A stretch of 64,000 nt of DNA, from assembly GCA_030704615.1 (NCBI GenBank), contig CM060732.1:63798001-63862000 (forward strand), read 5' to 3'. The stretch's first letter is position 1. Each line of letters starts with the position of its first letter. The position numbers were made by a program, and so were the translations under genes. Under the pieces are notes generated by a model. It saw only the letters and a program-made list of their open reading frames with translations, ran no database searches and was not told where the DNA came from. Below, piece after piece: positions 10,811-23,800 of the stretch. The DNA comes from Takakia lepidozioides. Taxonomy: Eukaryota; Plantae; Bryophyta.

Positions 10811-13800
10811 AGACCAGGACTATGTCATGGGCGCAGGACATGAACCAGGCATGGACGGAGGGGTGGAGATTACTCGAATGTTGCACGAAGCATTCCACAT
10901 CATGGACGATGTTGAAGAGGGGGACGGCGCTGCGACAACTGGGGATGGTGATGATGCAGGAAATGAAGGCATTCACGTGGGGGAAGGCGTGGAAGGAGGT
11001 GGAGATGGAGATGAGAATTCAGCACACATGACACTAGAAGAAGCATAAGTGCCACTGTACAAGGGATGCAAATCCACAAAGCTTGCTGCCACCACGCTGT
11101 TGATGAACCTGTGCATAACCCACGGTGTCTCAGACCATTTTGTGGACGAGTTGTTCTCTTTGCTTCGGCTGAACTTGCTTCCACAACCAAATGAAATGCC
11201 AAAAAGCTGTCACATGGCCAACAAAATGATTGGGAAGCTCGGCCTCAACTACGTGAAAATACATGCATGTCCAAAAGGACATGTACTTTTCAGAAGAAAG
11301 TACAAGGACGCTATGGAGTGCCCCAAATGCGGTGCAGCCCGATACCATGATGTGGGCAGGTTACACCCCCGTCTATTACGAATGTACAAATGCAAGACCA
11401 TTAGTGAGCTCATGACTTGGAATTCCAGGAATGCCTCAAACGATGGTTTGGTAAGGCATTTCCCAGATTCCCTTGCATGGAAGCATATAGATGCAACTTG
11501 GCCCGATTTCGCCGAGAACCCACGCAATGTGCGATTGGCTGTATCTATGGATGGAGTAAACCCATACGGATCAAAGAGCTGCACATGGTCCACATGGCCC
11601 GTGCAGTTGGTGGCATACAACCTGCCACCATGGTTGACAACAAAGAAATTCTTTGTCATGTTGTCTCTCTTGATTCCAGGCAAGGAGTCCGTGACAAACG
11701 CAAACATAGATGTGTATTTGGAACCATTGATTGAAGAGCTACAAGAACTATGGATTGGAGTTGAAGCTTACGACATTTTGAAACCAGTAGGGCAACGGAG
11801 TTTCACCCTCCGTGCCATACTCATGTGGTCAATCCACGATTTCCCCGCATATGGCCTTGTTGCGGGTTGCAAGACGAAGGGCTACAAAGGGTGCCCATTT
11901 GCGGGGCCCTATGTGGATTCACGGCACTCAAAGCCATTGGGGAAGACAATATACATGGGGCATCGACGTTACCTTGCAAGAAACCACCCCTACCGACGAG
12001 CAGGAAGGCACTTCAATGGATGTGTTGAAAAGAGAATGGCACCAAATGCTATGACACCGCAGGAGACATTGCAATTTGCAAAGGAGAAAGAGGCGTTCAT
12101 GGAGATTGGAGGGAGAGAATGAGGTAGTGCGGAGCCAGCCATGGAGCACGGGGTGAAGCGCCGGACAATCCTTTGGGATTTGCCATACTGGAAGGTGCAT
12201 GAATCCCCCCCCCCCCCCCCATTCACTCACTTTCTTTCACATTGTGCTTCCTGGAATTACCTTTACTGTCAGGAGTCCTTCCACCAACTCCTAAGTCAGT
12301 GTAACTACTATGCAGTAGATGTTGAAGTCGTACACCTCACTGTGGAGAGGATCGTGCAGTTGTTGAAAGCAGAATGTAGTAACATGGACAACTTCTGCCA
12401 CATATTCTACTATTTTTGCCCATAGAACTTGGTCTCATGGGAGGACATCTGCCATTTCAGAACCTCTTGCAGTGGTACCTCCTGGACCCCATGCATTGTG
12501 AGAAGAACTTCTGCGAGAACATTCTGAAGACGATCTTTGGGGAGAAGGATACGATAAACGTACAAAATGACATGGAGATTGAAGGGATACGGTCACATCT
12601 GTGGCTAAGGCCTGATCCAAATAGACCTCGCAAAGTGCTTATGCCAGCAGCATCATACGTCCTGACCAAATCAGAGCAAGAGCATTTTTTGAAGACATTA
12701 GGAGCCATGAAAGTGCCAACCAGATTCTCGGGTGCTTTCCAAAATCATGCCATAAACAAGAAATGGTCGGGGATGAAGTCACATGATCTACACGTAATGA
12801 TGCAGCAGATTTTGCCAGTGTGCATTCGGGGTACAATGGCGTCGGGTCCTCGAACATCCATAATGCGTGTAAGTCGAGTGTTTAGGAAGATTTGTGCGAA
12901 GGTGTGGGATCCGAGGGACATTACATCGTTGCATAAGGATGTGGCTATGACCCTATGTTTGCTGGAGAAAGAATTCCCTCCATCATTCTTTGACGTCATG
13001 ATGCACTTGCTAGTGCATCTTGTAGAGGAGCTGCATGTGTGTGGGCCCATAGCCAGCCGTTGGATGTACCCCATGGAGAGGTACATGAAGGATCTGAATG
13101 GGTATGTACGCAACATGGCACGGCCAGAGGGGAGTATGGCGGAGGGCTACATCCGCGATGAAGCCCTGGGCTTCATGACAGAGTATATGTCTTCATTTGA
13201 TGCAACACAATGACGGGTGTGGGACGAGAACGAGGAAGAAGGAGTTGTAGGCGAGGTCCTAGAAGGTGGTGGAACAAAGCGTGCCATGAGCCCGCGCCTT
13301 CGGGATGTGGCACATGATTATGTGCTGAACGACACAACAACCATGACACCATGGAGACAGTGGGTGTAAACTTACATCCCTCCTGTGCTATTCTTAATGG
13401 TCTTTGTATGCTGGAATTACATATGTATTGTCACAAGTCATTCCAGCCACTATGGGAGTGGGATCGTGTACTAACAGGGTGCTTCAGACGACTACAGAGG
13501 GTGTTTTGTAGTTGGTGTTGTTGCTTGCAAGTGATTATGAAGTAGGCTACATCACTACAGTGTGCTTGAAAGGACACAATCTGCATGTGGCATGCACGTA
13601 CAGTACGGTGTTGGTCAGGGGGACTGAGTTGCAGCTTCTATTTGGTTTCTGCCAAAAAGTACGCAGCGGAGAAGGTCCGCCTGAAAACGGAACGGAGTGT
13701 ATTTGCAAAAGCATGGCGGAGGGGCGGTCGTAGGCGCAGATCCCCGGTGGAGTACCCCACAACAATGGAGGAGCTGCAACCTTTTACAGTGTGGGTCACA

Positions 13801-14485
13801 TCTGCAATTGAAGTGTACGCATCAGAGAACGAGGACCCAGATGAGGGCATGGTGAGTCTGTCATTCCCCCCAAGGCTGATTGCCACTTCGTACCGGTCAA
13901 TGAAAGCATATGGCAATCATTATAGAGTGGGCGATGCCAACACCAGCCTCCTAGTGACTTATGACAGCGGAGTGGCATCATTTTTTGAACAAGAGAGTAG
14001 GAGCTGTGCACGAGATCGGAATCCAATTTCATGCCCTGTGCAATATGTAGGAGTCATCAAAGAGATCCTTAAACTAGACTATGGTCTTGTGAAGCCAATT
14101 CTATTCCGTTGTTCTTGGGTAAAAGCCAATATGGCAGGAGAGAATGCCACCATGAAACGGGATGAGTACGGGTTCCTCCTTGCTGATTTCAGAAAAATGC
14201 TACACAAGATGAAGAGCCATTCATCTTCCCATCGCAAGTTGAGCAAGTTTTCTTTTCAGATGACACCCATGCGCCGGGATGGAAGGTGGTTCTTCACAAG
14301 GACCCCCGGGCCAAACGAGTCGTGGCCGACGTCCACGATCTGGACTTAGGGGAGAATGCCGACCACGAGGGTCTGAGGGAACACAAAATCTACCAGATAC
14401 GGCCGAACCAATCTCTTTGGAAGGAGCAGTTACCTTTAATGAGGAAGACATTCCACGGTTGGTAATTACTGCAACTGCAGTGTAG
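10810..14485 (+). pseudogene. CACTA/En-Spm TnpD-type transposase (Transposase_21, DUF4218 and DUF4216-like regions) with introns and premature stops
   Basis: RHFPDSLAWKHIDATWPDFAENPRNVRLAVSMDGVNPY; IHDFPAYG; LDPMHCEKN; MKSHDLHVMMQ; LEKEFPPSFFDVMMHL..GP...RWMYPMERYMK; YVGVIKEILKLDY. Stops at 11046, 12120 and 13211. Confidence 0.93.
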
Positions 14486-15170
14486 TTGAAGGGGAAAGAT
14501 TGCAGAAGTGGGCGGAAGTGAAAGGGAAGATTCTTGGATACAGATAGTTAGCCCAGCTGAATCTCAGTGTCCATTAAGCCGGCAGCTCGTAGACAAGAGC
14601 TGTGCTAAGGACTCTTACTGTCCTTAGAACCCATTTTGTACAGTCCTGTAAGCGCGCAAGGGCGAGACAATTAATAGTATCGATAATGTCCCGGAATGTG
14701 GTCCGTTACGGTCTTGTGAACAAACCTATATTTACAGTATGATTGTAGTTCAGAACCAAAGGGCATATCTTTCAGTCTTGACGTCTTTGCGATCTTCTTC
14801 TGTGACGCCTTCTTCATAACTTGACAAATGGAAAAGTAGCTACACCTCAAATTATTGCAAGGCCACTCAAAGGACAGTAAGAACGTTTCGAGCATGCTAT
14901 AGAAAACCAAAACGGGCAAAAAACCCAATTCAGCAGCCTCACCTTGCGTGGAGGATACTTGGGAATTGATACCAGAAGGGCATGCCCTATGCGCGCTCCA
15001 TTGTGCCTCATCCAGCACATTCTGTTAAATGATTTAATGACCAAGACCCCGATGTTACACCCTTATGAGAAGCCACTACGTGCGCTAATAGTATCGAAGG
15101 CCTTGCCGTGTCAGGATTCGCATTCCCACATCCCGCCATGTCCGATGAAACACTTGCATCCCTGTCTCTA

Positions 15171-15634
15171 CCAGGTGGAGGCAACACGTATTAAAATATC
15201 TATTCCCCCAAGGCCACATTGGGTTTTTATCTCTTTGTGAAAGCCATGTCAAGCAAATGTGCTGCCGCCGAATCATGGGTGCAATGAATGCGCAGTGGTT
15301 CATGGAGTCGTTGGAGTCGACTACATATTCATTTAATGAATAAATATCTTTATTCCATTAACGAATTAGGAAACGAAATTTGTAGTCGCATGTGCAGTAA
15401 TTAAACCACTTGTAAATTTGCTTTTTAAATTTATGTATTTATGCAATTGTAAAATAGACCGGAATCTGTGCTACGACTCCGATTGTCGTTGACCCAACTT
15501 CTGTTCGCCGTCTAAAATGCCCCTGGGCCCACATTGTCTATTTCGCTTCTCCAGTAGTCCCGTTTACTACCAAGGGTCCCGGGAAAGTGGCGCGGACATG
15601 CAGTCGATTCGGAAAAGAACGAATGCTTCTAATG
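15171..15634. repeat. CACTA terminus ('A-end'), TIR variant CATTAGAAGCATTCG on the minus strand, plus subterminal region
   Basis: An inverted, highly similar copy of 36368-36823. Ends ...CGAATGCTTCTAATG at 15634. Confidence 0.85.
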
Positions 15635-15820
15635 GTTCTTATCTTATTCTCTTGCTTTGAGATTTTTAGTTGACTCGTGACAAGGTGGAGGGTCGTGATT
15701 CACAGGGGGTTCCACCATCCTCACTAATCCGTTGATTTTGTGGGGCTTGTGATGGGACTGGTGAGGATCCTCACGTGCGTTGAAATTTCTTGAGCTTGAG
15801 TTGGGGATATGGGCTGAGGG

Positions 15821-16020
15821 CAACGACGCAATGGCGTGAGCGTTGCACGTGAGCGCGCGAGCGTACGCTCACGCAGGAGTGACGTGGCGTGAGCGTACGC
15901 TCACGCCAGCTGACGTGGCGTGAGCCTGCACACACGCTGACGTGGCGTGAGCGTCATGTCAGCATGCTGATGTGGCGGTAAATGATGACGTGGCACTGTC
16001 CGTCAACTGCCACGTCAGCA
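15821..16020. repeat. Left TIR/subterminal repeats of the MULE (GCGTGAGC and TGACGTGGC units)
   Basis: Repeated TGACGTGGCGTGAGC units and GTGAGCGTACGCTCAC palindromes. Confidence 0.8.
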
Positions 16021-16470
16021 TTAACATGCGCCGCCTATAACCGTGGATGGTCCTATGACCGTGGAATTAATGCAGGGAATCTTGCCTAAATAGAATCAAG
16101 ACGAGCGTTGAGGCCTACAATTGCAGCATCCAACATTGTGCAATTACAAATGCTTGTTTCACTTTTACAATTACGAAGACGACAAAATATCCTCACAAAG
16201 TGTGCGCCATAAAGGCTGCCACGAGAAGACTTCCTCCCTCCTCAAATAACAATGAGAGTTATGATCATCTTCAAAAGATGATTGTAGTGCATAGCGACAG
16301 CAAGACATGTAGACTTCGAACGGTGCAATGACAAATGTGCACTACCTAAAAGTTGTCACTCAGACCTCACTCCGTATAGTTGGAGGCCATATCATTGCAC
16401 AGCCGACGAATTGATGTGAATTACACATTTCAAATCATGGTCATCCACATACCACATTACATAGTTCATG

Positions 16471-19400
16471 CTACCCATGTGTTGTATCCCGCTGCAAAAG
16501 AGTATCGACCTCGTTGAAACTCATAGTGGCCTGGTGAATGAAGTTGTCACGTTTGGGATCGCAAACCATCCTCCTCAAAAATATGAAATACAAATGTTTG
16601 CAGGGTATGAATTTACCTCTCTTGCCCAAACTGGTTGATAGCATATTCACAAAATCAGGACATGTGCAATTGGGGAAATTGGAAACCGTGATGTCGTAGG
16701 TCCTGTCATGAACAGCAGATGTGGAAGTGATGATTGTGAATACCCGACCATATCCTGGATCGGGTACTTCCGTGGTGCTTCCGACACGAGCTTGGAGCAT
16801 TCTTGCGGACTCCACTTTGCCAAAGTGTTCAGCGGTTGGAGGGAAACGCCGAACGAGCTTTCCATCTCGTTTGGTTGGCCACAAGTCAGGATTTGCCGGG
16901 GGGACCCGGGAGGACGCAGAAGTAGTAGCACATGCATGGAGTTGGGGTTGTCTCGCAAGGGAAAAACCTGCCTCCTCCAGCATTTCAATCTCCTGAAAGC
17001 TGAGATGTGTTCCCACCTTCACGGGCCAAACGGTTGGAGGAGATGGCTTCATCACTACGGAAGGACGCACAGTTCCATGCACACATCTGGCACAATCATC
17101 TGCGCAGAACCAGAACTTGTGGTTCTTGGCTTCTGGTTGACCGTATGGACGCATCAAGCCCGTGAAAGTCGGAGCAGGAGTTCGGGCACCACCTCTGGAT
17201 ATAGATGAAGTGCACTTCTCGAAATTAGTTGCCCTGATCGCTGTACATTTCACACGAGACCCGACACTTGTGCGTTCTATGTGCCAAACGTGGTCGGGGC
17301 ATGCGGACTCAAGCACATCAAGGGGGTTGTTTCTCTCCTGCACCATTTCAGTGGCACGGTTTGATGCTGGAGCTTGCCGTCGTGTTGGAGGTTCCTCCAC
17401 AATGGAGGTTCCGGACATGGAGCTGTCATGCAGGGGAACACGAGGCTTCGAGAAGTTATCACGGTCTGCCCTGTGGGAATCTGAATCCGAACCAGGTGGA
17501 GTGTTCAATTTCCTCTTACAGGAGCCGAATCTCTCCTCCCCTTCAAGATGTGGAACTCTAGAAACAAGTGGCGTTCCCTGGGCATACATGCTCACCGCCC
17601 GTGCTATCTTGATTGGATCCCCAGATCTGTTTGCAGCACGCAACATCAACTCCCATTTGTCCGGACCCTTGCCACCAACCCCACCTCGTAAGAAATCACG
17701 GTATCGGGTTTGTTGTTGCAAGGCACGTATCAAATCATCTGTTGTTGCCACATACAAATCCCGACCTCGTTTCCCAGACTGCTGCAACCATGCATTGTGC
17801 ACAGTTTCTGCCAAATTGCAAGATGGCATGTCCGCCATTTCCTCAATGGACATGTTCTGCAAAGAGGATAACCACACTTCAGAATAGTGCACAGGAAACA
17901 ACATAAAGAAAGCAATGAGTCAAAAATATGGAAAGCAAATGTATGAATAAAGCATGAAATAGAAGCCTCGTACCATTGTCATGGCTGCTCCCCACTGTCT
18001 ATACCGGAAGTGCCAAAACGCCAGCCAATCTTCCAATGCTCTCATACTCTCAAGTGATGCAGCTCCAGAAGAGAACCACCAGGCACGAATTGTCTGGAAC
18101 AAAGTGTCCGCCTCCTTCATTGTTCTAGCATCTTTGTACTCTTTGCACAATTTACGGTGCTGAGTCTGCATCTCTGGTTTGATGTCCGACTTTGTATGTT
18201 TTTCCAGAGATTGTGTCCAATGGAATAGACATGTACGCTCTCTTCCTGGCATAGGCACTTTTGGGTCGCCCGATCCGAAGACAATACGAACAGCATTGAA
18301 ATTTGCTTGAGCACTATCCGCCATGAAACCTGCGAAATTTGGAGATGGCAGCCCATGACACGTATCAGGGAATTCCACATGAGCTTCTGGGATTCCGTAT
18401 CCTCGGATTGCATGTCACAAACTGCAATTGTCATAACTCGTTGGTACACTGGATCGTAGACATGACAAGCCATTGTCGTCCAATCCTTCACTCGTTTCAC
18501 ATGATCAAACATAAGAAAACAGTTCTGCAAGTCCCCAGTCTTCTGCATCCGCTTCACGAGGCTAACCCCACTGCCCTCCCCAACAGTCGACATTTTGAAA
18601 AGAAAAACTTTGATGGCACCTTGACCTGGGAATACATTGTCCTGGATGTAATCGTACTTGCTCACTCGTTTCAATTCCAAAATATTGTCTATGTAGCCTC
18701 TGATCCCAGAGCCCATTCTCAATGCATTGATCTGATGCCGAATGTTAGGTGAACTTAAAGTGGAGAAATGATCCATGACCAGGTCCAATGCTGCACCGTC
18801 AAGTTTAGTCCCCACAGAATCTCCTTCACTCAAAATATGGCTTTCCAAGAAGGACTTGCTTGCGCCAAGAGCAATTGCAGATGTTGTTGCGGATGGGTTT
18901 CTCCCGAACTCCTGTTTGATCAACCTCGATACTGTCTCAACACTCTCCCTGTAATCCCCCTTCGAGACAGGATGGTTATGGAATCCAAAATGCACACAAG
19001 CTCTCGTCATTGTATTCAAACGGTGGACAACATAGTACATTCTTGCTCCGCAGAGCGCCAAGCAGGATGGCACAAGTTTGCAGAATTTGCAGACGAAAGT
19101 GTTTGCCGGTGGAGGGGCAGTCCCAGGCTGAAATGGATTTTCCGCCAGACCCTCCCATTCGCTTTGATTATGAACCCAGACTGAAGAAAGTGTCTGCAAT
19201 TCAAATTATCACACCTAAGGTGTCCATTGCAAACTGTCCTCCTGAAAACAAGCTTGTCATCATTCTGAATATTGGATGTTTTTGTTCTGCACCACGGGTG
19301 CCCGTCGTGTTTCTTGTCCATTCCATGCATCATGATTGTTACACCTCCAACTCGCGGAGGAGGAGGCAGCTCGAATAGGATATCGCCATCAAAAGTCTCC

Positions 19401-19975
19401 GGCAAGAACTTCACAGGCACCTGCTTCAAAGATTCCCAATCAATTCCCCGCAACTCACTTTTGAATCCAGCCATTCCTCCCATCGCCCGCAATTTTGGAA
19501 TGACACTACAAATCTCTTCTTCATCAGCTTCTGCAACCACAGTAGGAAGGACTGGATTTGGAATTTCACTTATGTCATCATCGGAAGAATCCGAAAGCTC
19601 AACGATTGGAGTGGAGGAAGTCTGTTCTTTTTTCACCACCACCTCCCTCTTGTCTTCAACGACCGAAGCAGCAGTCCCGGGCGTCACATATGACCCAAGG
19701 GACTTTCGCCGAGGCTCTCCAAGTACTCTGTATCGACCAGGACGCACTCTCCACTGGCTGATATGAGCCGTCTCATCACGGTTTTGGAAAGAATATTTCA
19801 CCAACTTCCCTTTCAGATCGTAAACCTCTTTCTCCAAAAAGATGGAGCCATTCTGCAGCTGAAAACGGGTAGCCAAGACATGTTCCAGAACAATTGCAAA
19901 TCCATTGTCAAGGACTTCCTGGGAGAACGGCACTGGTTTGTCGTCTGAGAAGAACTCCGCTTCAGAGGAAGCCAT
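16471..19975 (-). pseudogene. MULE (MuDR-like) DDE transposase with N-terminal GCM-like/Cys-His domain and C-terminal SWIM zinc finger; two frameshifts, one intron
   Basis: DGHPW.RTKTSN...C.G.L.C.N..C; C..C...H.G.HNHP; catalytic-type motifs MFDHVKR, FMADSAQA, CLFH and NLAETVH; SWIM CTCPDF...PCKHLY. Intron at ~17857-17973. Frame breaks at ~19170 and ~18360. Confidence 0.88.
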
Positions 19976-20829
19976 CTTCCTTCCTCGAGTATGTTTGTAC
20001 CTTGCTATCGCAGATCTAGTGTAAATCGGTTTACTGCTGTCTCCAGAACACAGTTGAAGAATGAGCAGAGAATATGGCGGAGGAAGCTCAGATAACGACT
20101 GTGCATATTCTGTTATTCATTCCAGATATGCAGCCGTCCATTTTAATTACTTTTCTTGTGGGCCCAGTGGTCAGAGTATCCCTAGGGGCAGTGTCGGCAA
20201 CTGTTAAACCGTTAATCAGAACCTCATCAATAAACCCAATAACAAAGCCGACTTCCTGGAAGCATGCCACAGGATCTGAGAATGGGATTGCAGATTAAGT
20301 AAATGTATCTATATACTACTACCAATGATCATGCGCACCTGGAAAGTTCCAAATGTGAAACGAATGTGGGGTTTGGCTAACAAGGATGACCGTGTATGAT
20401 ATTCCAAAATTTGTCATCAAACTCTCGTTCATTTATATTTATTTGTTTAAGACTGCGCATCAATTTCTGGGATTCGCTGTTCTTTTTAAATATTGAACCC
20501 GTTATAATAAAGAACACGCCGTTTTTTTTGGGCGGCACACGTCAGACATCCATAACTGAATACGAACAGCTGTACACCAATTGCTGGCATGTGCACTAAT
20601 AAGGAAACGACTATGTGTAACGGTCACGCGGGAGGGAATCCGATGCTTCTAGAGACACGCAAGAACGCAGGCAATCCCGCAAGAAATCGGGAGTCACTGC
20701 GTTTTTCTACTTTTCGCGCTTAGAGGGAGAGTGGTAGTCAAGCTGGAGAGGGTTCCTTCTAGAATACGAAAGAGAAGAAAGTCTCTTTATTTTACTTCCC
20801 TTAGAGAGAGACGCAGAGCAAGAGAGAAA
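19976..20829. promoter_or_regulatory. Probable bidirectional promoter region between the MULE transposase and the ParB-MTase gene
   Basis: Divergent ATGs at 19975 (-) and 20830 (+), separated by an AT-richer non-coding spacer. Confidence 0.5.
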
Positions 20830-23800
20830 ATGACGAGGCGTCGTTTGTTGGAGAACACAGGGCCAAGGCAGCAGGTGAACGCGGAGACTGATTCACAAGA
20901 GCAGACGGAGACTGAGGCAGCGGCTGCGACACAGTCGGCGATAAGAGTGCGCCAGCCTGTGGAGGCAGAGATGATTCGCAGGGACACTGAAGAAGGTGGA
21001 AGCACGCGGAACGCCGAACCTGAGAAGGTCAAGAAACCCTTGCGCAGACAGAAACTCCAGCAGATGTGAGAGGGAAGAGGAAAGCTGCAGAAGGGGATCA
21101 AATTTCAAAACCTAAGAAGGTGCCAGTAAGTTTTATCATATAGTCTGTCTGATTGCCTTTCAAGGAGTCCTTCCTCTTCCATTCTTTAGCAGGAACTACT
21201 GAATCGCGAGCGTCGTTAACGCCATTCGATTCTCCTCATGAGATTTATGTACCTATGTGTTTGAAGAGAGAGTCTGCACTTACTATTCTCCCTAAACTAC
21301 ACTGAATGTCGTTGCCGCCAATCAGTTGCACATGTATGTCATTACACAACACCGATCCGGCAGGTCGTTATCTTTTGTGATTGTCGTTAACGCCGTTCGC
21401 TATCGCTCTCGCTTTTGTTTTGAATACGGCAGTCTCGGCTTTGCATGTGTAGATTGTGCTGAATTCTTTCACACCATTCATGGTGAGTTTCCTTGATACA
21501 GAGTGATGGTCGTTACCGCCATTCACTATTTGCAAATCACTCAGTCAGAACTGAATGGCATCGTGCAGAAAACTGTGAGGTCGAAGCCTACAGGATCAGA
21601 GGGAAAGGATCTGGAGATGGGGACGAGTCCGCAAAAAGCTCAGAGAATACAGATGAAGCAGATGAATCCGAAGTGCACTACCTTGACAAGGTGAAAGAAC
21701 TCATGTCATTCCAGAAGGTAAACTCTCAGGAGGTTATAAGGGACATGCTCGTATCTGGAGGGCGTCTGGACATACCTCTGTGCCGGATGATATCAATGCC
21801 TGTTGTGCGTCCACCTCTTTCCCATGACATAACAAAATTGGAGAGTGATTTTGTGCATGGATATAGACTTGGTGCACAAGTTTTTTATGTGTCACTGACG
21901 GATATAAATGGGAAAAGCACATTAGTGTCTCCAGAGATCAGTGATAACTGGGATGAGTGCTGGAAAGATGCCAATGAGGAGTTCGAGCTGGGCCTCATGA
22001 TGGGAAAGAACACCCAGCAATTCTGCAACCACATGTTCTACGTCTGGGACGGCAACCACCGATTGCTGGCATGGATGGGATACATTCAGAAACACCATTC
22101 GAAAGACAAAGACAAGCATGTTGCTGTGGAGGCAATGGTTTTGGATCCAGGAAACGACATCGCTAGGCTTCTTACAGCTATGCACGACGTGAACAAGTAA
22201 GTCATCCAGGAGATTTCATTCCCTCTGTAGTGTCTTGTTAATCCTCAAAAAACAGTGTTAAGGAATGCAATGTTTCCAATGTTTTTGCAGATCGACAGAG
22301 AAATCGCATGTGACAACAAGCTTGGTTCACACACTATTCCGAATTCAGAGGATTGGTCTGATGAAGCTGGATGATTTTCGGACAGTACTACCACCCAATA
22401 TCATCAAGAAGTGCGAAACAGGAAGAGCTGCAGGCACTTGGTATTCTTTGACACGAGAGGCGTTTCTGGAGTACATGTATGCGGTAAGCCCGAGTCTGTA
22501 ATCTGTTTACTTTTCGAATACATGTTTGTAGTCCCTTCGGAGCTAATCACTACTTGAATGAATGCAGCAAGAACTGGCAGAGGCAGCTGAGAAGGGAAAA
22601 TCCGAATATTACCGCACTACACCAGAAGAACTAAGGACATCAAAGGGTGTGGAAGCTGCAATAAAGAAGGAGTTTGAAATGCGAAGAACCAAATTGATGT
22701 CAGCCTTCGGAAAGCAGCTTAGAATAGTAGATCCTGGACTTGGTCCTGAGTTCCTTCAGCAGATCAAAACACACTATGACAAGCATGTGCATCCGGAGAT
22801 GCAGCAGGAGAAATTGCACCGGCTGGCCATATCGATGGTCGACCCACAAACAAAAATAAGGTGGCTGGAGATATGGAACTCAGATCAAACAGTAAAGGAC
22901 TTGAATCAGTTCCCAAAGAGCACCATACAGCCTGGCACAAAGGTGGAAGGAATCAGTGATTTGGTGTTTGATAACTGGCTCCACAAGGCTACATTTTGGA
23001 GTCAGGTGTGTATTCGAACATGCTGTTTCTTCTCTTCAAGTATGTGATGTGTATCTTTTTTGCAATTCTGACAAATATACTATTTGCAGCTCGAAAAGCG
23101 CGCCGTCATTGTGCTGGATCAGACTTTGAAGGACCTGAACATTGCGATTGTTTCCCCTCCCCAAATGTCATTGGAGGCATACATAAGGAAGTGGAGAGGT
23201 CTCACCTGGAGATACTGTTTTTTCCGGGAGTTCTCCAAAGATGGTAACATTTTACGGTCCAACGACTTTGACAGTCAGGTTGGAGGAGAGTGGGCCATGA
23301 TGCGAGTTGTGTACAGGTGCAATGTCATACTTGAAACTCTACTGTTTTTTTGGGAAAAAATGTGGCTTCATATGGATTGCAATCTTAGATCCAGATTGAA
23401 TGTCGTTGACGACATTCACTTCTTTGTCTGAGTCATTCTTAAGCGAGTATATGAATTCACCTGGTTAGGATCTAAGGGTGCAATTATATTGTCCCTGATT
23501 AGAATTGATAATGTCCTTGAATGGCGTTGACGACATTCACATACGGAGTTGTTGAGAGGTCCTCAAGTTATTTAAATTTTTGTAATGTCCATAGAGGTTA
23601 CAGTGAGGGTTCCTCACTTCATTTTGCTGAATGTCAATGCAGACATTCAGTTGTTCTGCATTGTTTTTGCCTCTTGCGATGAATGTGGAGGCTTGATAAG
23701 CTCTGTTTTAAGAAATCCAAAGTGAATGTCGTTGACGACATTCACAGCTGTGTCTGTATTATTCAACAGCGACAAATTCAATTTACATGGATTGGGGAGC

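Noticed and set aside
17162-17887. 241-aa plus-strand ORF and many other antisense ORFs across the TE genes
   Set aside because: They are shadow ORFs opposite recognised coding sequence and have no motifs.
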